Source: Planctomycetota bacterium
Lineage (GTDB): Bacteria; Planctomycetota; GCA-002687715; DRQF01
Direction of reading: 5' to 3'
NCBI GenBank assembly: GCA_036479435.1
Contig: JAZGFI010000205.1
Span: 1 to 25,341, forward strand
DNA: 25,341 nucleotides
Positions 1-7,392 of this stretch are shown here, piece by piece; position 1 is the stretch's first letter, and every line of letters begins with the position of its first letter. A program made the translations under genes and the position numbers. A model generated the notes under the pieces. That model ran no database searches. It was given only the letters and a program-made list of their open reading frames with translations, and was not told where the DNA came from.

Positions 1-126
1 CCCGAGGTTTTCAAAGGCATGGCTCGGATGCCGAACACCAGGATGAATGAGGCTCAGAATCCAATGAGCCTCAAAGAGCGTGGCGATAAATCGCCGAATT
101 GCCCTCGACTAAGTTGGCTGCTGACA
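1..126 (-). repeat. Partial copy (cut by the window edge) of the MITE-like element also at 25036..25232, in inverted orientation
   Basis: 1..126 aligns without gaps to the reverse complement of 25036..25161 with 11 mismatches (manual count). Similarity ends exactly at ...GGCTGCTGACA (126). Internal hairpins TGAGGCTCA-N8-TGAGCCTCA and GGCGAT-AA-ATCGCC. Confidence 0.9.
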
Positions 127-465
127 CCCTACCCGCAGCGAATCGCCGACGACCAAGTGGGCCGTTTGCGATAAAAGGCCTCTTGCAGGCTGCGTTGCCC
201 CGGGGCCGTGGATCGCCAGCTGATCAAGGCCAGGCGTAGCGGCAATCGCATCGACCTTGAGCTGGAGGGAACCGACGATGATGCCAAGGGTATTTCGATC
301 ATGCTCAACCCCAACATGATCGACGTCCAAAAAGACGTGGAAGTGTTTTTAGACGGCACGCGAATCTACCTGGGTAAGCCGATCCCCAATCTGGTGACCT
401 TGCTGACGAGTCTCGACGACCGCGCAGATCACCGGATGCTCTTCGATCGTCAGATCGATCTCTAA
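127..465 (+). pseudogene. 3' remnant of a gene, resembling the C-terminal accessory domain of Planctomycete-type peptidases/alpha-beta hydrolases
   Basis: Frame 1 reads PYPQRI...* (TAA 172..174), then continues in frame ...LIKARRSGNRIDLEL...ISIMLNPNMIDVQKDVEVFLDG...DDRADHRMLFDRQIDL*. Begins at the repeat end with no convincing start/RBS. Family assignment is from recalled pattern only. Confidence 0.55.
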
Positions 466-695
466 CGCGATCTTGACCGTCGGTTCTGGCAGCACTGGCG
501 TGTCAACCGTCATTTCGAACGCTTTCTGATCGAACTCGCGTTTACTTGCGTGTTGCTGGCGAGAGCGATGTCTTCGGCAACGAAAGCTCGCTTTCAGGGA
601 AAAGGAAGACCTCAATAACGGCAGCCAGCTATTCCTTGGGTCCTCGTTCACTTTTCCCTTCAGACCTTCCTGAATCAGAAAGTGAGAACTCTAAG

Positions 696-2733
696 ATGTA
701 CGCCCAGAATCTACCTATCCGGAATGACTTTCAAACTTCCGCTAAGAGCTTTGCTCTATCCTTGATCTTGGTCATCGCGATCTTGCTGTTCGGCAGCTTA
801 GGTTAGATCCAGGCTCAGGCGAACGGCACGAAGCTGAACAATGCTGAGAAAGCGAAACTTCTGAAGCTGGTCGATGTTATGGAAGCAGCGCTCGGTCCCC
901 ACAACGGCGACGCGACCAAAAGTTGCCTTAACGCTAAGTTGAAAGACCTTTTGAAGCAATCAGGTGTGAAGGACATTGAGTATGAGCAAACCAAGCCGCG
1001 AGGAAAACCCGCTCGGGACTCGACGGTGAAGGATGCCTTGGACAACTTGCGTTCGCTCATCCGCAATGATCGCGTCCGTCAAAAAAACTAGGGCGGGCTC
1101 AGTGCCGGCACGCGCCTATCACCGGGGTTGGCGGGTGACCTAGTCTTTATTGACAGTGGTACCTTCAAGTTCTTTTGCGGGGTTTTTCCCTCTCCCAAGA
1201 TCAATCGGACCTCGTGGAAGATGGTCGTCGCGATCATGCTGATGAACGAGATCACTCACGTCTATCAGAAAACTGACGGCACTTTCGCGGGGCAATGCGA
1301 TGCGGACCGGGATTCCGATGTCCTGACCAAGAAGCTTGCGCTTCGTCTTCTCCGATACTCCAACGGCAGGTCATTTTGGTTTCGTGTGCGCGCTGGCTTT
1401 CGAAGGTCAGGGGCCTTGCGCCGCCGGCTGGTGCATTAACCCGCCGCTTCAGGTGCCGGGTGGTCAAGCTCTGGCTGAGCTCCGCGTCGACGCCGATCCG
1501 ATGTTGCAGTCGATAGATGGACTCAGCACCGGCTTGATCCAAATTGTTGGTCAACCCGGCGACTTCGTCAACCTTGGCACTCTCGACGGGGCCGGCTTGT
1601 TCTTGGGCTTTGCGCAACTTGATGCAGCGAGCTACGGCAGCATCTTTGTGGGCAATCCGCCGGACGCTTCGAATCGTCTGTTCCGAGTCGAGTCTGTCTT
1701 TGGCGGTACTAGCCTCTACCCGCCGCGAGGTGGTCAGTCGGTGGATGCGATCGACAGTGTAGATGTCAATCTCGATGGCACGGCAGACCGTCTCGATCTT
1801 TCGATCGAACCTCGCCGACTACATTTGTCTCTGGGGAATCCGGGTGGCTTAGCTGAAGAGCGCAATCACATTTATGAACTGGTGTTGGAAGAAGGCGAGT
1901 ATGGCCATATCACCAACTTGTCGGCTACCGGGGGCGCCATTTCGCGCATCGGGGACCTCGATTCCCAGTTGTTGGTCCTGCCAGGCTCCAATCCGCCGCT
2001 CTACGTCCAGAACCTCTACGACCTCGACGGAGACTCCAATGCCGATGAGGTCATTGTGCTGCGGCGCGATCTCGGGCAGCCCGACTATGTTATCGAGTTC
2101 ATCCAAGACGTCTCGACCGTTCCCGTCGTCACACAGGTGTTTCAGATTCCCAATGGGGCGGTGCCCAACCATTTCATCATCAGCGACTACGACCTGGATC
2201 TCGATCTCGACATCTGCATTCAGATGGAAGATCAACTCCCCATTGTCTTCGTCAACGATGGCCTCGGAGTCTTCGTTCCTCTGCCCGGACCGCTTTACCT
2301 CGGCACCGGTGAAGACTTCAAAGATGTCGTGAGCGTCAACGGTGCCCCCGCGACTTGCTCCGGTATCGTCGAAGCAACCGGAGGCGATGTCGTTTCGATC
2401 TTCGCCTGTTCACCGAACCATACCTTCGACTTCATGCCCTACATCTTGATCGGGCAGGAGTTCGTTCCGGGCTTCCCGCCGCCGGGCATCCCGCTCTTCG
2501 GTGTTGCCATCAACCCCGGCGGAACTCCCGCACCCTTCCTCCTTGTGGACGGAGGCGCACCGTCTCCGATCGGACCCCTTGAGTTAGTGCTGCCCGGCGG
2601 CAACCTCCACTCCTTTTTGATTCCGCCGGGCCTTACGGGCTTGAGCCTCATGCTCCAGTCGCTCGTCATCTCGCCGAATACCAGCAACGGCTTCTTTGCC
2701 GCCTCCTACGGCACCGAAGTCAGGTTCAACTGA
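696..2733 (+). pseudogene. Interrupted secreted protein: signal peptide, zincin-like NEITH segment, FG-GAP-like Ca-binding motifs, Pro/Gly-rich C-terminal domain
   Basis: ORFs 546..806, 879..1091 and 1128..1439 share one frame and are separated only by TAG at 804 and 1089. ATG 696 gives a hydrophobic signal peptide (SFALSLILVIAILLFGSLG*IQAQA). Coding sense moves to frame 1 near 1327-1345 and runs to TGA 2733, with DVNLDGTAD, DLDGDSNAD and DYDLDLDLD motifs. Confidence 0.6.
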
Positions 2734-2759
2734 GCGAATTCGATATGAACCAGCGATGG

Positions 2760-2797
2760 GGCCCGGCTTCTACTCTTCGTGGAGGCCGGGCCTTTTT
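2760..2797 (+). terminator. Rho-independent terminator
   Basis: 14-bp stem GGCCCGGCTTCTAC / GTGGAGGCCGGGCC (2 G-U pairs), 5-nt loop, then TTTTT, 26 nt after stop 2733. Confidence 0.85.
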
Positions 2798-2928
2798 CTG
2801 CCTCCACTTGCTTGTGAGTGGGGTTAAGAAGTATCTGAGCATCTTGAAGACGGGAATGGACTCGCAGAAGCGCCAACAGGCCCCGTCGCCGCGCCAAGTT
2901 GGGACTCCCAAAACAACTCGGAAAGGCC

Positions 2929-2975
2929 TTGCGCCAGTAGCGCTCGTCTTTATAGTTAACCATATGGTTGACTAT
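2929..2975 (+). promoter_or_regulatory. Sigma70-like promoter plus palindromic ArsR operator overlapping the start codon
   Basis: TTGCGC (2929-2934), 16-nt spacer, TATAGT (2951-2956). 24-bp palindrome ATAGTTAACCAT|ATGGTTGACTAT (2952-2975, one mismatch), with its centre at the ATG at 2964. Confidence 0.7.
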
Positions 2976-3326
2976 GCGATTAGCCTGAGCGCAACCTTTG
3001 CGGCCCTCTCTGACCCGACTCGACGGACGATCCTGAATCGGCTGGCGAAAGGGACGACAATGGTGACCGAGCTCGCCAAGCCCTTTGAGATGTCCTTAGC
3101 CGCGGTCTCCAAGCATCTAAAGGTGCTGGAGAGAGCCGGGCTGATCGTCCGGTCGAAAGTGGGGCGCGAGCACCACATCCAGATCGAGGCTAAGCCACTA
3201 GCGGAAGCTCAAAATTGGATCGCAACCTACGCCAAGTTCTGGGAACAGCAGTTCGACAATCTCGACCTGTTCCTGAAACAAACGGCACCCAAATCCACAT
3301 CACCACCGGGTCACGGAAAAAAGTAA
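2964..3326 (+). CDS. ArsR/SmtB family transcriptional regulator
   Basis: FAALSDPTRRTIL...VTELAKPFEMSLAAVSKHLKVLERAGLIVRSKVGRE winged HTH. C-terminal W...Y..FWEQQFDNLD typical of ArsRs paired with SRPBCC genes. Start moved from 2745 to ATG 2964 because the extension crosses a terminator. Confidence 0.93.
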   Translation: MVDYAISLSATFAALSDPTRRTILNRLAKGTTMVTELAKPFEMSLAAVSKHLKVLERAGLIVRSKVGREHHIQIEAKPLAEAQNWIATYAKFWEQQFDNLDLFLKQTAPKSTSPPGHGKK

Positions 3327-3339
3327 GGGACAACAAGAC

Positions 3340-3813
3340 ATGGGCTCTAAAGTCGAGTTGCGAGAAGACGGGCTGACGATCACTCGGGTGTTCGACGCCG
3401 GCATCGAACGTGTTTTTCAGGCCTGGACCGACCCCGATAAAGTCTCGGCATGGTGGGGTTGTGCTCAGACCAAAAAAGTCACCTCGTTCATCGATTTGAG
3501 GGTCGGTGGTGAATACCGCTACGTGATGGAGATGGAAGGCGGGATGGAGTTTGATGCCAAGGGCATTATCAGCGAGCTCAACATCCCCAAGCGTTTCGTC
3601 TACGAAGTCCCGGGTTTTGAGATGGAGGGCATGCCGCCCATGCCGGCCCAAAAGATTGAGGTCGACTTCAAAGCCATCGGTGACAAGACCGAAGTGAAGC
3701 TGACGCATTCGGGCATCGTCATGGCTCAAATCAAGGGCGAGGTCAAAAAGGGCTGGTCCGCGGCCTTTGAGAAACTCAACGATCGCCTGGCCAGATCCGG
3801 CGAAAGCCGCTAA
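3340..3813 (+). CDS. SRPBCC/AHSA1-like (START superfamily) ligand-binding protein
   Basis: LTITRVFDAGIERVFQAWTDP...WWG...DLRVGGEYRYVM...TEVKLTH...GWSAAFEKL; 13 nt downstream of the ArsR gene. Confidence 0.92.
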   Translation: MGSKVELREDGLTITRVFDAGIERVFQAWTDPDKVSAWWGCAQTKKVTSFIDLRVGGEYRYVMEMEGGMEFDAKGIISELNIPKRFVYEVPGFEMEGMPPMPAQKIEVDFKAIGDKTEVKLTHSGIVMAQIKGEVKKGWSAAFEKLNDRLARSGESR

Positions 3814-3834
3814 GCCGATCGCTGTCGCCCAAGC

Positions 3835-3868
3835 AAGCGGGTTAGGCCCATCTGGGCCTGCCCCGTTT
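3835..3868 (+). terminator. Hairpin after the SRPBCC gene, possible terminator
   Basis: AAGCGGGTTAGGCCC / GGGCCTGCCCCGTTT imperfect stem with a weak U-tract. Confidence 0.4.
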
Positions 3869-3958
3869 GTCCCATCTCGGAACCCTCCAAACGAAGGGTG
3901 ATTTGGCGGAGTGTTATTGGTTAGAGTCGACGCTTCCAATTCTCATCGGAGCGGACCC

Positions 3959-4441
3959 ATGACTATCGCCGACAACAAAGTCGTTTCCATTCACTACACC
4001 CTCACCAACGCCGCCGGTGAAACGCTTGACAGTTCAGCCGGTGCTGAACCTATGGCCTACATCCACGGCATGCACGGGATCATCCCGGGCCTCGAGAATG
4101 CTCTCGCGGGCAAGGCCGTTGGCGAAGAACTCAAAGTCACGGTTTCGCCAGAAGAAGGCTATGGGGTTTCGGACCCCAATCTCATCCAAGAAGTCCCTCG
4201 CGCTGCCTTTGGTGAGGTCGACAAGATAGAAGTCGGCATGCAGTTCCAAGGCCAAAACGAAGAAGGCATGGTGCAACACATCACCGTCAAGGCGGTCAGC
4301 GACGAGAAGATCACAATCGATGCCAATCACCCCCTGGCCGATGAAGTCCTCAGCTTCGACGTGAAGATCGAGGGCATCCGCGACGCCACCGCCGAAGAAA
4401 TCGAGCACGGCCACGTTCATGACGGAAACTCGCACCACTAA
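3959..4441 (+). CDS. slyD: FKBP-type peptidyl-prolyl isomerase SlyD
   Basis: MTIADNKVVSIHYTL...DSS...YIHG...IIPGLENAL...VSPEEGYG...DANHPLA...RDATAEEIEHGHVH with short His-rich tail. GGAG lies upstream of ATG 3959. Confidence 0.93.
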   Translation: MTIADNKVVSIHYTLTNAAGETLDSSAGAEPMAYIHGMHGIIPGLENALAGKAVGEELKVTVSPEEGYGVSDPNLIQEVPRAAFGEVDKIEVGMQFQGQNEEGMVQHITVKAVSDEKITIDANHPLADEVLSFDVKIEGIRDATAEEIEHGHVHDGNSHH

Positions 4442-4460
4442 AGAGTGCTCCGCCTTAGGT

Positions 4461-6827
4461 CTATTTCTGGACGGCCGGTGGCATCAGTAACTCGATCAGT
4501 TTTTCAAGGTCGTTGCTGGGAAGCTGGCAGGCGTAGTTTTCGCAAACGTAAGCCGTTGCCTTGCCGTCAATCGATCCTTGTTCCTTGATAAAAGGCACCA
4601 AGCCTTCGATGGCTTTGGCTGCCCGAGTGTCCGAGGAATGGAAAGCGAGGACTTTGTTCGGGATGAACCGACGATGCACCGCCTTTTTCATCGCGATCAA
4701 ACCTGAGCTCTCCGCAGGTCCAGCTAACACAATTTCTCGACTTGGCCCCACGGAGAAGTCGAGCGCCATCAACATGAAGGGGTAGGCCATGGGGTTGGGC
4801 GCGAGGTTCCCTGAGTAATGGTCGAGCGTGTCGTCGGCGGCCTTGGTGAATTTAGAGTTGGTGGTGAGGCGGCCCAAACGAAGCAGCACGAGAGTGGCGA
4901 CTGAATTCCCCGACGGCACGGCTCCGTCATTGACCTCTTTGGTCTTAGTGATCAAGCCTTCGGCATCGCGGCCGGAGAAGTGAAAGGCGGCAGTCTTGTC
5001 GTCCCAGAACAGCCGGATCATCTCTTTCGCGAGTCGATCGGCCAGGCCAAGCCACTGGGCATCAAAAGTCGTTTCGTAAAGATCGAGCAGTCCAAGACAC
5101 AAAAACGCGTAGTCATCGAGGTATCCCTTGATGGATGCGTCGCCCTGCCGGTAGCGGTGGAGAAGCCTTCCGTCGCGGATCATGGTCTTGGTGTTGAAGG
5201 TCGCGGCGCGCACCGCGGCTTGGGTGTAGCGCTCGTCGCCCAAAGCTTGACCGCCGTAGGCCAAAGCCGAGATCATCAAGCCGTTCCAGTCGGTGAGTAT
5301 CTTGTCGTCTTTGAGTGGATGGATGCGTTTTTCGCGCACCGCGAAGAGCCGGTCTCGCCAAGACTTGAGGCGCGCCTTGAAGGCTGCTCTTGAATCGGGG
5401 GTTTTGGATTTTGTCGTGGGCTTGGCGGCCAACTCGGCCGCGAGCTGCGCGATGGGCCGTTGCAGGTGCAAGATGTTGGCAGCCATCAGTTTTCCGGTTG
5501 TCTCGTCTTTGAAGTTGCCGATCTTGCTGACGTTGTAGACCTTGCAAAACAGTTCGCCGTCGACCTGGCCGAGATGCCGCAGGATTTCTTGGCGCGTCCA
5601 AACGTAAAACTTGCCCTCTTCGCCTTCGGAGTCGGCGTCTTCGGCGGAGTAAAACCCACCCTCATCGTCGGTCATGTCGCGCAAGACGTAATGAAAAATG
5701 TCCCGTGCGGTTTGGGCGTACTGGGCATCGGCCGTGACTTGGAAGGCTTCAAGGTAGGTGCGCGCCAAGAGCGCTTGGTCGTAGAGCATTTTCTCGAAAT
5801 GCGGGACGAGCCATTTGGCGTCAGTTGAGTAGCGATGAAAGCCGCCGCCAAGGTGGTCCTGTATGCCGCCGCGCGACATGTGGTCGAGTGTCGTCTTGAC
5901 CATTGAGATCGCGCGGGCGTCCTGTGTGCGCTGATGAATGCGCAGCAAAAAAGAAAGGCCGTGACTGCGCGGAAACTTCGGCGCCCGGCCGAAACCACCG
6001 CGTTCCGCGTCGAAGAGGGTCTGGTAGCGATCAAGGCTTTTGGTGATCGTGGAGGCGTCTAATTTCGCCTTCTCAGGACTTGCCGTCATGGCCTGGAGCT
6101 GGACCGTGATCTTGTCGGCTCGCGCCAGGACTTGTTTACGTTGGTTTTTGTAGGCCGCCGAAAGCTGAGTGATGATGGACTTAAAGCCCGGGCGCCCGCG
6201 ACTGTCTTCGGGAGGAAAGTAGGTGCCTCCCCAAAAAGGCTTGCGGTCTGGCGTCATGAAGACGCTCATGGGCCAGCCGCCGCGGCCCGTCTGCGCTTGC
6301 ACTGCGGCCATGTAGATGTTGTCGACGTCGGGGCGCTCTTCCCGATCGACCTTAATCGAGACGAAGTGCTCGTTCAGAAGATCGGCGACTTTTTGGTTCT
6401 CAAAGGACTCACGCTCCATGACGTGGCACCAGTGACAAGTCGAGTAGCCGACTGATAAAAAGACGGCCTTGCCTTCGCGTTTTGCCTTCGCAAAAGCCTC
6501 TGGGCCCCAGGGATACCAGTCCACGGCGTTGCGCGCGTGCTGCAACAGGTAAGGACTGCTTTCGAAGACGAGGCGATTGAACTCGGGCCCGCCGTCCTTG
6601 GGAAGCTTCTTGATCTCTTCGCGGCTCGGCAAGGGGAGGTGAGCTGAGTGCTGGTCTTGATTTTGCGCCGCTTCCTTGGCCGGCTTTGCCTTGTCTCTTG
6701 CCTCTTCCTGGTCGCCGGCACGACAAGTCACGATGGTAAGCACACCGCAGATCATCAGCATTGAAAACCTGATCAAGGTGGCCGTGGGCCGGCTATTTGA
6801 GCCGAGGTCGAAGCGGAGCTGTGCCAT
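4461..6827 (-). CDS. YyaL/SSP411 (DUF255) thioredoxin-domain protein with six-hairpin glycosidase-like region
   Basis: [106 protein letters not shown]. Start uncertain (ATG 6827 chosen). Hydrophobic N-terminal stretch suggests export. Confidence 0.92.
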   Translation of the reverse strand: MAQLRFDLGSNSRPTATLIRFSMLMICGVLTIVTCRAGDQEEARDKAKPAKEAAQNQDQHSAHLPLPSREEIKKLPKDGGPEFNRLVFESSPYLLQHARNAVDWYPWGPEAFAKAKREGKAVFLSVGYSTCHWCHVMERESFENQKVADLLNEHFVSIKVDREERPDVDNIYMAAVQAQTGRGGWPMSVFMTPDRKPFWGGTYFPPEDSRGRPGFKSIITQLSAAYKNQRKQVLARADKITVQLQAMTASPEKAKLDASTITKSLDRYQTLFDAERGGFGRAPKFPRSHGLSFLLRIHQRTQDARAISMVKTTLDHMSRGGIQDHLGGGFHRYSTDAKWLVPHFEKMLYDQALLARTYLEAFQVTADAQYAQTARDIFHYVLRDMTDDEGGFYSAEDADSEGEEGKFYVWTRQEILRHLGQVDGELFCKVYNVSKIGNFKDETTGKLMAANILHLQRPIAQLAAELAAKPTTKSKTPDSRAAFKARLKSWRDRLFAVREKRIHPLKDDKILTDWNGLMISALAYGGQALGDERYTQAAVRAATFNTKTMIRDGRLLHRYRQGDASIKGYLDDYAFLCLGLLDLYETTFDAQWLGLADRLAKEMIRLFWDDKTAAFHFSGRDAEGLITKTKEVNDGAVPSGNSVATLVLLRLGRLTTNSKFTKAADDTLDHYSGNLAPNPMAYPFMLMALDFSVGPSREIVLAGPAESSGLIAMKKAVHRRFIPNKVLAFHSSDTRAAKAIEGLVPFIKEQGSIDGKATAYVCENYACQLPSNDLEKLIELLMPPAVQK

Positions 6828-6890
6828 GTGTTGGTTCCCAAAGGGCGCGGGTCGATTTGACTCGAATGCTAACACGAGCGGATGATCGGA

Positions 6891-7218
6891 CTAACGACCT
6901 TCGAGATTCGACTGGTGGGCGTACTGGGCGATCATCCTGAGATGCGCGGCGCCATACTCAAAGTCACGGGGCTTGCCGTCAATCTTGAACGACAGCGGTT
7001 TGTCGACGGCGTAGTGATTGCCCTGGGCATCACTCCGCTCGATCTTCAGGTGAAAGCTCGCACGCTTTTCGGCGACGTTCTCGAAGGCAAGGGAGAAAGA
7101 GCAATTCAACGGGCTTCGCTGGGCTATTCCGAGGATGGCTCTTCGCCGCGGGAGTGACTTTGGAATGACATCCCAGGACAAGGACTGTCACTATCGATAA
7201 GAGCAGGCGGCACAGCAT
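6891..7218 (-). pseudogene. Small lipoprotein with a single +1 frameshift (or sequencing error)
   Basis: MLCRLLLSIVTVLVLG-C lipobox in ORF 7030..7227. After ...KPVELLF the protein-like sequence continues in ORF 6891..7181 (SLAFENVAEKRASFHLKIE...). Removing one T from minus-strand CTCTTTCTCC near 7100 joins them into about 108 aa. Confidence 0.55.
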
Positions 7219-7392
7219 GTCGGACACAAACGACCGAATTCGGACTCAGTTCGAAAATTGCCAGAATCTTGAGGCTGTGACTTTCACCTGGGTTCGAGCC
7301 GGGTGGGCCTCGGGCCGCGACGCGAGCTAAGAATTCCGCCGAGCGTTCCGGCGACCTCTTGAGTTTTCGGCCACTTTCAGCACCCTAGATAC

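Noticed and set aside
804..1091. Genome-wide TAG recoding or pyrrolysine suggested by two in-frame amber codons
   Set aside because: TAG ends conserved genes at their expected C-termini here (4461, 13751, 16696), and the same gene also has a frameshift, so decay or error is simpler.
2899..2911. TTGGGA-C-TCCCAA palindrome upstream of the ArsR promoter
   Set aside because: Short enough to be chance, with no second instance or supporting context.
2745..2963. 73-aa N-terminal extension of the ArsR ORF
   Set aside because: Crosses a terminator and the promoter/operator; ArsR homology begins at ATG 2964.
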